A DNA stretch of 64,000 nucleotides, taken from a virus (taxonomy: Duplodnaviria > Caudoviricetes). A program made the position numbers and the translations under genes. The stretch spans positions 44,623 through 108,622 of the IMG/VR virus record IMGVR_UViG_2934470325_000001. One strand, given 5' to 3'. Below, piece after piece: positions 53,439-62,075 of this stretch (its first letter is position 1; each line of letters begins with the position of its first letter). The notes beneath the pieces were generated by a model. It did not search any database, was not told the origin of the DNA, and saw nothing but the letters and a program-made list of their open reading frames with translations.

Positions 53439-53656
53439 TGGTCCTGGTTGTCGAAGAGGGCGTCGTGGTCGAGGTAGGCGGTGATGCAGGCGGGCTGCCA
53501 GCAGAGGGCGAGCAGCGATCCGACCGGCCCGGTACAGGTGGGGCAGGTGTGCCCGGTGTAGGTGGGGCCGAGACGGCGCGGCATACCCGGCGGGTCACCC
53601 AGCGGGGGCAGTACCGGCAGCGGCGGCAGGTCGGGGAGGACGACGGGGACGGTCAC
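53435..53656 (-). CDS. Small Pro/Cys-rich protein
   Basis: CPTC..CWQPAC; coupled. Confidence 0.6.
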   Translation of the reverse strand: MTVPVVLPDLPPLPVLPPLGDPPGMPRRLGPTYTGHTCPTCTGPVGSLLALCWQPACITAYLDHDALFDNQDQ

Positions 53657-54024
53657 GCCTGCTCCCCGAGGTAGGCGCGAGCCACCGCGAGGGGTGCCCT
53701 GTAGTTCCGCTCAATCCAGTCGTCGTCCACCCGGTACGGCGTGTCGTCGATGCGGCACGCCTCGTCCTCAAGCCACCCGGCGACAGCGACAGCGACAGCC
53801 GGGGCCCACGAGGCGACGTGAGCACGGTTCGCGGGGGACATGGACTCGCCGATCAGGTGACCGCCGTACCCGTCGTGCGCTGGGTAGGCGTCCGTGCCGG
53901 CGGCAACGATCCCGCCGTATCGGGCGGACTGGATGGTCTCGAACCAGGGGCCGGGGGTGGCCGCGTTGGCGCGTTCGGTCATCTTCTCGGCGGCCATGCG
54001 CAGCAGGTCGGCTTGATGGCTCAT
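53653..54024 (-). CDS. Hypothetical protein (ATPGPW motif family)
   Basis: ANAATPGPW..HVASWAPAVAVAVAGWLE. Confidence 0.7.
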   Translation of the reverse strand: MSHQADLLRMAAEKMTERANAATPGPWFETIQSARYGGIVAAGTDAYPAHDGYGGHLIGESMSPANRAHVASWAPAVAVAVAGWLEDEACRIDDTPYRVDDDWIERNYRAPLAVARAYLGEQA

Positions 54025-54230
54025 GCGGCCACCGCCGGCCCGTTGGGGCAGGTGCCGCAGTCCGGGCCCGTCGAACCCTCCGGACCGCAGTAAACGCACA
54101 GGGCGTCCAGCTCGGCGGCCCGCTCCGACTCGTACTGAGTGTGCACGAACTGGTCGTACGTCTGCGGGGTGCGGGAGCGGATCGGGACGACGGTCGCCGT
54201 GGTGGCCGGCTCACCCAGGACGGCGGTCAC
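54021..54230 (-). CDS. Small Zn-finger protein
   Basis: CVYC..CGTC; coupled. Confidence 0.6.
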   Translation of the reverse strand: MTAVLGEPATTATVVPIRSRTPQTYDQFVHTQYESERAAELDALCVYCGPEGSTGPDCGTCPNGPAVAA

Positions 54231-54565
54231 TTGCCGGCCCACTCACGCACGAAGTCGAGCACCTGGCGGCCCGCGTCGGTCAGAACCCGCTTCTTGTAGT
54301 CGCACTCGACGCAGCCGTCGCCGGACAGCTCCGGCTTACGGAGATTCAACTCCTGGTAGACGGGGCTGCTCTCCCACGCCTCCGTCACGCTCCACCCCTG
54401 GTAGGAGGCGGAGAACTTCTCGTAGGCGGCCGTCTCCTCGTCCGACCAGGCGTTGTAGTCGGCGGTCATCTGCTTCCGGGCGTCCTCGGGGGTGCAGTGT
54501 GGGCAGGGCATGTCGAGCGCCGGGAGGGTCACGGCGGGAACGGTGCTGGTCTGGGTTGCGGACAT
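54227..54565 (-). CDS. Zn-binding hypothetical protein
   Basis: CPHC..CVEC..LTDAGRQVLDF. Confidence 0.7.
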   Translation of the reverse strand: MSATQTSTVPAVTLPALDMPCPHCTPEDARKQMTADYNAWSDEETAAYEKFSASYQGWSVTEAWESSPVYQELNLRKPELSGDGCVECDYKKRVLTDAGRQVLDFVREWAGK

Positions 54566-54698
54566 GCGTCATCGACTCCAGAGGTAGGAGGAGGACTTCG
54601 AGGGCTGGCGGGGAATCTCAGAACGTCTCCCCGTGTTATAACCCCACACTACATGGTTGTAGCATGATGAGACAACAGGGCTCGCCATAATCAGCCGC
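54566..54698. promoter_or_regulatory. Divergent promoter region
   Basis: AT-rich. Rightward CATAAT-N7-ATG (leaderless); leftward TTGTCT-N18-TAGTGT; palindrome CTACA-N4-TGTAG. Confidence 0.6.
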
Positions 54699-54971
54699 AT
54701 GACCGACGAGAAGGACCCCAAGGTGGAAGCGCTAGCCGAGGTTGCACGGGCATCCGAGCAGCACACGCAGGCGATCGACAACGAGGTGGCGACGCGAGAC
54801 GCCCACCACGAGGCGATCGTCAAGGCGCTGCGCGCGGGTGCAGGCCCGTCGGCCATCGAGAGAGTCAGCCGGTACGACCGGCAACACATCGACCGCATCC
54901 GGCGAGCCGCAGGCATCCCATCGAAGCGGCAGCCGACCGTGCGGTCCATGCGGAAGGAGGACCCGAAGTAG
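54699..54971 (+). CDS. Small HTH protein
   Basis: IVKALRAGAGPSAIERVSRYDRQHIDRIRR. Confidence 0.75.
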   Translation: MTDEKDPKVEALAEVARASEQHTQAIDNEVATRDAHHEAIVKALRAGAGPSAIERVSRYDRQHIDRIRRAAGIPSKRQPTVRSMRKEDPK

Positions 54972-55531
54972 TGCCGATTCAGCTTTACCCCGAGACGATG
55001 ACCAGCCTCTACAGGCTGTACGACAACGAGGGATGCCTGCTGTACGTCGGCATTGCCTACGACTTCGATGCACGGTTCGCGCAGCACGCCGCCCGAAAAC
55101 ACTGGTGGCCGCAGGTGGCCCGGAAGGACGTCACCTGGTTCAGCAACCGGATTGACGCGCTCCACGCCGAGGCCCGTGCGATTGCAGCCGAAGGGCCGAT
55201 TCACAACGTCAGGAAGGGCGCACACCCGATCGGGCTTGCTGTCATTCACCGCCACCCGCCTGCGAAGTACGCGGTTCCGCGAGGTTGGACCTACCCAAAC
55301 CCCGACCGAACGCTGCAACTCGGTGAGTCGGAGAAGCGGGCGATCGTTGAGGAAGTGAGGCGCTGGCAGTCCCACGCCGTCGTAACTGACGAGGGCGTGA
55401 TGAGCGGAGTGATGGTGCCGCTGGGCTGGTTCTTGGAGGCGAGGACTGCGCTGGGCGAACCGCTGACCCTCAATGACCTTCCGCGTGTCGAGGTCGATGA
55501 ACTCTGGGGTACATCCGAGCTGGCCCGTTAA
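54971..55531 (+). CDS. GIY-YIG nuclease-domain protein with Phd-like C-terminal domain
   Basis: LYRLYD..LLYVGI..RFAQH..AEARAIAAEGPIHN; the C-terminal assignment is tentative. Confidence 0.8.
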   Translation: MPIQLYPETMTSLYRLYDNEGCLLYVGIAYDFDARFAQHAARKHWWPQVARKDVTWFSNRIDALHAEARAIAAEGPIHNVRKGAHPIGLAVIHRHPPAKYAVPRGWTYPNPDRTLQLGESEKRAIVEEVRRWQSHAVVTDEGVMSGVMVPLGWFLEARTALGEPLTLNDLPRVEVDELWGTSELAR

Positions 55532-55602
55532 CCGATGCAGGCGCTTGGACTGGTATCGCCGGGCTCGTGAAGCCCCCGGCGACCCCACCGACCTGTAGCC
55601 GC

Positions 55603-55875
55603 TCACCGCTCGGCCCCCACCTGCGCCAGTTCGGCAGCCCACCCGGCGAGCACACCCGCCCGCTCCGCCAACCGGCCCACACACGCCGGACACCACGACA
55701 ACCCGGCCGGCGGCTGCACGGGCATCGGATCCAGGATCACCGGCTCCGAACGGCGGACACCCCACCCGTGCACACCGCACAACGACTGCCGGCCCGGAAA
55801 CCTGCCGTCTTCTCGCATGATGTGCAGCCGGGTCACGCGGGACGACTGGTAGCCCCGGTAGAAGGCGCGGGTCAC
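55603..55875 (-). CDS. Small Zn-binding protein
   Basis: LHI..LCG..WCPAC. Confidence 0.65.
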   Translation of the reverse strand: MTRAFYRGYQSSRVTRLHIMREDGRFPGRQSLCGVHGWGVRRSEPVILDPMPVQPPAGLSWCPACVGRLAERAGVLAGWAAELAQVGAER

Positions 55876-56252
55876 GGCTGCTCACCCGCCCCGGCCGCAG
55901 CCCGCAGGATCTCCTCCGCGTCCCGCAACGCCTGCACACGCGGATACAGCTCGTCGAACGGCGGGTCATAGTCGCGCTCGCCGCAACGGTCACACCAGCG
56001 GCTCCGGTAGGCGATCCCGTGGTGGTCCCGCGCAGACCAGTCGCCCCACAGATGTCCGGTGCGCTCGCACGCCGCCTTCGACAGGCACTCCGAGCAGAGC
56101 GCCCGGCCGCCGATAACACTCCATCCGGCCTGCTTCGCGTACTCGACGGCTTCGGATTCCGTGTCGAAGTGGGGGACGGCATCGTCTTCCCACGGGTTCT
56201 CGCAGCCGCCGTCGCAGACGATTTCGAAGCACGTCTTCGCCTTGAAGGTCAC
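55872..56252 (-). CDS. Cys-rich hypothetical protein
   Basis: CDGGC, CSEC, C..GH..CDRC. Confidence 0.7.
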   Translation of the reverse strand: MTFKAKTCFEIVCDGGCENPWEDDAVPHFDTESEAVEYAKQAGWSVIGGRALCSECLSKAACERTGHLWGDWSARDHHGIAYRSRWCDRCGERDYDPPFDELYPRVQALRDAEEILRAAAGAGEQP

Positions 56253-56785
56253 GGCGTCTCACCCCGCCACGGGGTCAACGGAGTCGACGCAGGCACGTAC
56301 AACGGGTGCCGAGGCTGCCCGCCCTTCGTGACACCCAGGCACACCAGCGGACGGCCAGCAGCACGAACCAGATCGGCGACCTGCGCGTCACGGCCCCGGT
56401 AGGTGGCGTGCACACCCCACGCGGCGACAACCGGGCCTGACAGCCGACCCAGCCAGTCGACGATGACAGCGTCGTTGTCCGGGCCAACCGGATCCGGATG
56501 CGTCTTGAGCGCTGCCGGGTCGGTGGAGCGCAACGCGAAACAGTTGAGGACGAGCAGCCCGCCGAACCCCCACTGCTTGGCGAAGCCGATGCAGCGGCGG
56601 ATCGTTGGGTCCAGCACCATCGCGTCGGCTGTTGACGGGTTCAGCATGAGGAACGCGACGGCCTCGGTGTCGGGCCGCCAGCGGCGGGTCAGCGAGTACC
56701 GCCACGTGCGGCACGGGGAGAACGTGGCGGTGGAGTCGTCGCCGAGCAGCGACGCGTCCCGGTCCGTGACGAGCAGGTCAGCCAC
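56249..56785 (-). CDS. DUF1643 protein
   Basis: RYSLTRRW..MLNPSTAD..DPTIRRC..AAWG..TKGGQPRHPLY. Confidence 0.9.
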   Translation of the reverse strand: MADLLVTDRDASLLGDDSTATFSPCRTWRYSLTRRWRPDTEAVAFLMLNPSTADAMVLDPTIRRCIGFAKQWGFGGLLVLNCFALRSTDPAALKTHPDPVGPDNDAVIVDWLGRLSGPVVAAWGVHATYRGRDAQVADLVRAAGRPLVCLGVTKGGQPRHPLYVPASTPLTPWRGETP

Positions 56786-57224
56786 GACGCCGCCTCTCCC
56801 GCCGCGTCGGCCGATCCGACGGCACCGGGCAAGACGGCTCCCAGCGGGCACCAACCCGCCGCCACAAACACTGACCGGCCCGACGCGCGTCAGCGGTCGA
56901 CCACCGCGACCCGTCTGCCAACGTCACACCGTCGAACGCGACCGCACCCGCAGTGGACAAGGCGACCAGCCGCCCACACCGGCACTGCGCCCCGGTCAGC
57001 AGCCGCCGCGCCAACGCCTCCGCTGCCTCCGCCGGTCCAGGCTGGTTGTCGACTTGGACGCGGGCACCCCGGTACTGGGCGTGCGCGTACCAGCCGGCTT
57101 CGGCCACGGGCACGTCGTCGTGGAGGTAGCCGATCTGGAAGTGCCGGGCCCCTGCCCTGCCCGCGAGGTCGGCGCAGGCGAGAACGGTGTCGCGCATGTG
57201 CTCGTCGTCGATGAAGTCAGCCAC
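56778..57224 (-). CDS. Hypothetical protein
   Basis: Start at GTG 57224 with RBS GGGAGG. Confidence 0.7.
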   Translation of the reverse strand: MADFIDDEHMRDTVLACADLAGRAGARHFQIGYLHDDVPVAEAGWYAHAQYRGARVQVDNQPGPAEAAEALARRLLTGAQCRCGRLVALSTAGAVAFDGVTLADGSRWSTADARRAGQCLWRRVGARWEPSCPVPSDRPTRRERRRRG

Positions 57225-57606
57225 GGCGTACCTCCCGCCGGTCGGCGAGCCGGACAGTGGCCAAGTCCAGATGTGCCCGCGCCCACTCCCGATCGGCCTC
57301 CGGCAACCCCGCCACGAGCTGCGCCAAGTCCCAGCTTCGTTGCAGCTCGGCGTCTCGCCGCAGAACACGTCGGCTCAAGATCAAGAAGCTGACATCGAAC
57401 GCGGCCGTCGCCACCCAAAGGAAGACCACCGGCAGAGACGGCGAGACGCCGCGAAGCCCTAACGCCACCGCAAGACCAACGTCGATGACGAGTGCGGCCC
57501 GGACCCAACGCAGGGTCGACGACATGGATGCAAGGAACGCCGCGATGTATGCCACCCGGAGGGGGATGGATACCATCGACAGAACTACGGCGGCACCCCA
57601 GATCAT
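57217..57606 (-). CDS. Membrane protein (about 3 TM)
   Basis: Hydrophobic helices; ATGA-coupled. Confidence 0.7.
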   Translation of the reverse strand: MIWGAAVVLSMVSIPLRVAYIAAFLASMSSTLRWVRAALVIDVGLAVALGLRGVSPSLPVVFLWVATAAFDVSFLILSRRVLRRDAELQRSWDLAQLVAGLPEADREWARAHLDLATVRLADRREVRRG

Positions 57607-57902
57607 CGGCGACCATCCCTCACGGCCGGCAGTACCGCCGTCGCATCCGGCACATCACCGGTGCGGGCGATCACCTGCGTCGGCTGCTCCACCACCCGGC
57701 GGCCCGCACCCCACACCGGCCCGGCCCGCGGCATCCGCACCACACCCGCCGCGAAGGTCGGGCCCAACTCGGCGGCATGCTCTGCGCGCATCCGGCGGCG
57801 GCCGAACCACAGCCATAGCAGGGCCGCAGCCAACAGGATCAGCAGCCCGCCCACCGCGAACCCCACCCAACCCGGGTCCGCCACCCGCACCGGCCCGATC
57901 AC
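57603..57902 (-). CDS. Single-TM membrane protein
   Basis: VGFAVGGLLILLAAALLWLWFGRRR. Confidence 0.7.
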   Translation of the reverse strand: MIGPVRVADPGWVGFAVGGLLILLAAALLWLWFGRRRMRAEHAAELGPTFAAGVVRMPRAGPVWGAGRRVVEQPTQVIARTGDVPDATAVLPAVRDGRR

Positions 57903-58192
57903 CGGTCCACCCGCAGTACAACCGTCCGGTCATCCGCCGGGGCGCACACGTACGAGGCGTGCACCGACCCACCGGACCGGGCCGGGCGCGGCAACGGCAC
58001 CGTGTCCGCCGCCTCGCCCGGCTCGGCGGGCTCAACAACCAGCGGCACGAGACGGCCGACCGCCAGATTCACCAACGCCACCAGCCCGGCCGTCAGCAGC
58101 ACCGACACCAGCAGCACCACCTGCCACCACTCGGCCAGCAGCGGCCCCAACAGCCACCAGACGGCCGCAGCCGACGTATCTCCGTCGATCAC
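57899..58192 (-). CDS. Membrane protein
   Basis: Long hydrophobic stretch; GTGA-coupled. Confidence 0.65.
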   Translation of the reverse strand: MIDGDTSAAAVWWLLGPLLAEWWQVVLLVSVLLTAGLVALVNLAVGRLVPLVVEPAEPGEAADTVPLPRPARSGGSVHASYVCAPADDRTVVLRVDR

Positions 58193-58530
58193 CGTGTCTC
58201 CTCCGGGCGGGTGTATGCGCGCACCTGCGCCGCAACGTCGGCGGGCATGCGCGGAACCAGGTCGTGGATGGCGGACAGCCGGCCGTTGAACTCGCCGACA
58301 AGGCGGGTCCGGTCGTCCACGCGGCGGAGGGCATCCACCCGCAGCGCGTCGGCCCGGTCGGCGTCCAGGCGGGCCAGGTGGAGTTGCTGCCGCAGGTCGT
58401 CGACAACCGCGTCCCGTTCGGCGAGTTCCTTCCGCGCGTCGGCGAGCTGCTGTTCCAGGTCGACGACGATGCCGTGGAGGGCGTACTGGTTGGACAGCCA
58501 CACCTTCACCCGCTGCCACCACCGCCTCAT
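58189..58530 (-). CDS. Coiled-coil protein
   Basis: Heptad repeats and an amphipathic N-terminus. Confidence 0.7.
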   Translation of the reverse strand: MRRWWQRVKVWLSNQYALHGIVVDLEQQLADARKELAERDAVVDDLRQQLHLARLDADRADALRVDALRRVDDRTRLVGEFNGRLSAIHDLVPRMPADVAAQVRAYTRPEETR

Positions 58531-59048
58531 CGGGTTGCCTTCCGGGACTCAACTAGCGGCATCCACACGGTGCGGTCGGGGTCGTTGGCGTGGGCGCGCA
58601 GTTCGGCGGCCATCCGGTCAAGGTCGTCGTAGGTGGGCCGGGAGTTCGCTCGGGCGCGGCCGGTCGCCACGGTGGGGTTGCTGCTGGCGTACCGGTTGTT
58701 GACGACCGGCCAGGCGTCGTCGGTGGTTTCGGCCGGCACGGTCGCGGTGTCCTCGGCGGTGGTGCTGGCCTCCGGTGCGGCGGCAGGGCGGGGTGCGACA
58801 ACACCTGCAACCCACACGCGGGCAGCAGTCAGCAGCGACGGACGGTTGGCGGCACGGTGCTGGGCGACAGCCGACGCGCCCTGCCAGCGGCGGGTGTCCG
58901 CCAGCACGGCGGCGTGCACCTGCTCCGTGCGGGCGTCCTCGGCGCGGCGCTCCCGCCAGTCGGTGACTACAGCGGCGGCGAACAGGGCCAGGGCGGTGGT
59001 GAGTCCGACGGCCACCGCGAACATGGCCAGCTTGTCCCCGGCGCTCAC
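58527..59048 (-). CDS. Single-TM membrane protein
   Basis: MFAVAVGLTTALALFAAAVV then a cytoplasmic tail. Confidence 0.7.
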   Translation of the reverse strand: MSAGDKLAMFAVAVGLTTALALFAAAVVTDWRERRAEDARTEQVHAAVLADTRRWQGASAVAQHRAANRPSLLTAARVWVAGVVAPRPAAAPEASTTAEDTATVPAETTDDAWPVVNNRYASSNPTVATGRARANSRPTYDDLDRMAAELRAHANDPDRTVWMPLVESRKATR

Positions 59049-59281
59049 CGGGTGACCTCCCCGTGGGCGGCGGCGATCCGGCGGCCGGCTTCGGCCACGT
59101 CGTCGAGGTCGGCGACGATGCCCCACCACTGCTCGGTTTCCCGCACCTGCGGCGGCTTCGGGTGCCGGAGGGTGCAGACGAGTCGCCACCACCGCCAGTA
59201 GTCGACGGTGAGGATGATGGAGGTGAGGACGAGTAGGCCGAGGACGACGGCGAGGGAGATCAGGTCGGCGTTGTCGGTCAC
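59045..59281 (-). CDS. Single-TM membrane protein
   Basis: LISLAVVLGLLVLTSIILTV. Confidence 0.7.
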   Translation of the reverse strand: MTDNADLISLAVVLGLLVLTSIILTVDYWRWWRLVCTLRHPKPPQVRETEQWWGIVADLDDVAEAGRRIAAAHGEVTR

Positions 59282-59532
59282 AGGGTCACCGCCCAGCGTG
59301 TCGACCGGTTGTGGGTGCTGTCGTCGTGGCGGGCGGTGTTGGTGCGTGCCACGTACGGGCGCTGCACCTGGCACGGCGGCAGGGGCACCGTGTCCGCGTC
59401 CACCGGCGGGCGGGGCTTGGCGAGCATCGAGTCCGGCACGACGTACAGGCCGGCGGTGGAACCAGAGTTGCGGGCCTTCGCGGCGCGGGTTGCCGCGTGC
59501 AAGATGCGTGCGGCGAGGCGGTCGAGAATCAT
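59278..59532 (-). CDS. Hypothetical protein
   Basis: Coupled ORF. Confidence 0.55.
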   Translation of the reverse strand: MILDRLAARILHAATRAAKARNSGSTAGLYVVPDSMLAKPRPPVDADTVPLPPCQVQRPYVARTNTARHDDSTHNRSTRWAVTL

Positions 59533-59639
59533 GAGGGGAGGGCTCCGATCCGTGAGGCGGGACGGTCAGGTGGTGGTGAAAGGTGGGGCCAACCCCGCCA
59601 CCAGGGCGGCGGCGAGGATGGCCGGCAGCCGGCAGGGAG

Positions 59640-59831
59640 TCACGGGTTGTCCCGGATGAAGAAGTGCTTCGTGGCGAGCCACTGCAACCGGACCTCGTGG
59701 CCGGGATATCGCCGGGCGTGACGTCGCCCGCGCGCATCCAGATCACTCACGGCGGGAGACGTGAGGTCGCCGCAGCGGTCGCAGACCAACCTGTGATCGA
59801 TCTCGTCGACGAAGGAGGCGACGCCGGCCAC
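59640..59831 (-). CDS. Small Zn-binding protein
   Basis: CDRC..H..H; RBS GGGAGG. Confidence 0.65.
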   Translation of the reverse strand: MAGVASFVDEIDHRLVCDRCGDLTSPAVSDLDARGRRHARRYPGHEVRLQWLATKHFFIRDNP

Positions 59832-59834
59832 CGG

Positions 59835-60026
59835 TCAGTCCTCCCGCGTGGTGGCCGGGCGTCCTGCGGGCACGATCTCCACCCGACGCAACCCCGACCG
59901 CACCGACGGCTCAGCGGACAGACGGTCACGCCACACCACTGCCTCCGACAACTGGCCGGCGGCAATCGGCACCGTCCGCACACGCCGGTTGTCGGCGGAC
60001 GCGATACGCAACACCAAGGCGGTCAT
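59835..60026 (-). CDS. Hypothetical protein
   Basis: ATGA-coupled. Confidence 0.6.
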   Translation of the reverse strand: MTALVLRIASADNRRVRTVPIAAGQLSEAVVWRDRLSAEPSVRSGLRRVEIVPAGRPATTRED

Positions 60027-60304
60027 GCAGCCACCTCGTGGCGGACGGGCGGCCATGCGGCGTCCTCCAGCCACGACACCTCAGCCGACCGATCCCGGAA
60101 CGGCACACCAGAGTTGGCGCACCCGCCGAACGGGCATCCGTGCTGCGGCACCGGGTGGGCGAGAGCGTGGGCGGCCACGTTGACGCCGTGGGCGATGGCG
60201 TTCACTAGGCCGGGCGTCCACGCGGCGTCGTCGGATGCGTTGGGAAGGGGGCGGGGGTTGGCATCCGCCGATCGGGTGGGCGGTATCGTCGTCTTGGTTG
60301 TCAT
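60023..60304 (-). CDS. Hypothetical protein
   Basis: RBS GAAGGA before ATG 60304. Confidence 0.6.
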   Translation of the reverse strand: MTTKTTIPPTRSADANPRPLPNASDDAAWTPGLVNAIAHGVNVAAHALAHPVPQHGCPFGGCANSGVPFRDRSAEVSWLEDAAWPPVRHEVAA

Positions 60305-60387
60305 CGTGGCTGTTCCTTCCGTCGGGGGATTCGGTTGCGGGGCAACCTGCGAGCGCCGCCGGGCGGAATCCGGGGGCGCTCGTCCGT

Positions 60388-60603
60388 TCAGGGGGAGGGC
60401 AAGGTGGGGTCGGCGGCTGCATGTCCTACCGACCCCACCGCCTCCCAATGCCGCCGCGAGGCGGACGACTTGGCGTGCTCGGCGAGCAGGGCGTCGGCGT
60501 GCTCACGGGTCGGCGCAAACACCGGGAAGCCGTCGGCGACCAGGCGGACCGCGTATCCGCCCGACAGCAGCCGAGACACCGAGGGCAGCGTCGGGACGGT
60601 CAC
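60388..60603 (-). CDS. Hypothetical protein
   Basis: GTGA-coupled to the antirepressor. Confidence 0.55.
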   Translation of the reverse strand: MTVPTLPSVSRLLSGGYAVRLVADGFPVFAPTREHADALLAEHAKSSASRRHWEAVGSVGHAAADPTLPSP

Positions 60604-61412
60604 CGAGAAACCTCGACAGCCTTGACCGGGTCCAGCGAGCCGTGATCGGCGATCCTCGCCACCGCCCGATCCCACGCAAACCCCTCACCAGCCGGCGTCA
60701 ACCGGGGCGACGACGCGACCTGCACGCCGTGGCTGTTCGTCTCGAACTCGGTTTCCTTCACCCGCACGTAGTCGCGTTCCACCGCCCATGCGGTCGGCTG
60801 GTTGTGGCGGAGCGTGTTGCCTCGGATGAGAAGCCGAACGTCGGCGAGAAAGTCCCACACCTGCCGGTGCAGGATCCGCGCGCCGTGTTCGCGGGCCGCC
60901 CACGCCTTGACCTTGTTGGCGAAGTCGGCGACGGAGATGAGCCCGTCGGCGGCGCGGTGGAAGTCGGCTTGCTGGGCGCGGGGTTCGAGAGCGGCAATGG
61001 CGGCCTGCTGCTGTTCGAGGGCGCGAGCCTGGTCGGCGGCCAGTTGGAGTGCGTCAGCGAACGACTTCGGGACGGCGAGTGCCATCTCGTAGCGGCCGGT
61101 CTTCCGGATGGCCGGGATGACTTCCTCGGCCAGCCAGTCCTGGAAGGCTTCCGCCGACGGCAGGGTGCTACGCATCGTGAGCCGGTATACGCCCGGCTCG
61201 TTGACGACCGAAAGTTCCTGCTGCCCGCCAGGGGTGTTGATGGGGGCAACACCCTTCATCCGGGCGGGAAGCTTCGACACAGCGTTACGAGCGCCGCCGC
61301 CGTAGCCGAGCGCGGAGCAGACGTCGCGGGCGACGAACCACGGCTCGTCGTCGATGAGGAGGGTCCGGATGGGGGTGGTGTCGTACTCGAACACCTTGGC
61401 GAGGGCGGTCAC
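60600..61412 (-). CDS. Antirepressor (Bro-N plus KilA-C/ANT)
   Basis: PWFVARDVCSALG..NEPGVYRL..FQDWLAEEVIPAIRKTGRY..PKSFADALQLAA..LTPAG. Confidence 0.93.
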   Translation of the reverse strand: MTALAKVFEYDTTPIRTLLIDDEPWFVARDVCSALGYGGGARNAVSKLPARMKGVAPINTPGGQQELSVVNEPGVYRLTMRSTLPSAEAFQDWLAEEVIPAIRKTGRYEMALAVPKSFADALQLAADQARALEQQQAAIAALEPRAQQADFHRAADGLISVADFANKVKAWAAREHGARILHRQVWDFLADVRLLIRGNTLRHNQPTAWAVERDYVRVKETEFETNSHGVQVASSPRLTPAGEGFAWDRAVARIADHGSLDPVKAVEVSR

Positions 61413-61612
61413 GCGGCTCGCCCCAACGGCGCAGCGTGGACTTGCCGAGCCGCGCGGATGGCCTGTTCGAGTTCGTCCACGGTCGGGCCGGTGGGGGTCC
61501 ACGCGAGTTCGGCGGCCTGGCGGGGCGGGAGGGCGTCGCGCATGGCGAGGCCGTTGGCGATGATCGCCCCGGCGGCGCTGATGGCGTCCAGGCGGCGCTC
61601 GGCGGCGCTCAT
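61409..61612 (-). CDS. Hypothetical protein
   Basis: Coupled between Cro and the antirepressor. Confidence 0.65.
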   Translation of the reverse strand: MSAAERRLDAISAAGAIIANGLAMRDALPPRQAAELAWTPTGPTVDELEQAIRAARQVHAAPLGRAA

Positions 61613-61902
61613 GCGGCGTCCGCTGTCATCTGCTGCGGCTTGCTGCTTCGGTCCCACGCGCGGACCCAGGCCCGGAGTTCCCGGTCTTGGCGGACGTGGA
61701 GGGTTCGTGTGTTGAGGGCTTTCGTCCAGGCGTCCATGAGGCGGTCGCTGGCGCGGCGTTTGCCCGTTTCGACGTTGCTGAGGGCGAACTTGGTGATGGA
61801 GACGCCCTGCTCGTTGATCCGGTCGGCGAGTTCGTCGAGGGTCAGGCCGAGGGCTTCACGGAGGGCTCGGAGGCTGATCTGTGGCGGCATCCCGTCGGGC
61901 AT
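61609..61902 (-). CDS. Cro-like XRE regulator
   Basis: LRALREALGLTLDELA..LSNVETGKRRAS; divergent from the repressor. Confidence 0.88.
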   Translation of the reverse strand: MPDGMPPQISLRALREALGLTLDELADRINEQGVSITKFALSNVETGKRRASDRLMDAWTKALNTRTLHVRQDRELRAWVRAWDRSSKPQQMTADAA

Positions 61903-62075
61903 ATCGCTATCTTGCGCTATCTAGCGCTTGAAAACAAGAGTCAACCGCCAGATCCTGCGGTCAGGTTTCGGGCGGGTTGGTGCGGTGACGTGGCGTTACG
62001 TGGTGAATACTGGCGCGCATGGATTCCATGCTGGGGAGCTTGGGTTTTCAACAGTTTTCAGCCAAGATGGCGAAC
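61903..62075. promoter_or_regulatory. Lysis/lysogeny switch with two outward leaderless promoters and operator-like repeats
   Basis: Left TTGTTT-N17-CAAGAT-N6-ATG; right TTGGGT-N17-CAAGAT-N7-ATG; GCGCTA-N2-TAGCGC palindrome; repeated GTTTTCA. Confidence 0.65.

Noticed and set aside
1786-61715. Long plus-strand ORFs (e.g. 1786-3732, 17780-19330, 49343-50995, 59583-61715)
   Set aside because: Arg/Pro/Gly-rich antisense shadows of real minus-strand genes, expected in high-GC DNA, with no recognisable motifs
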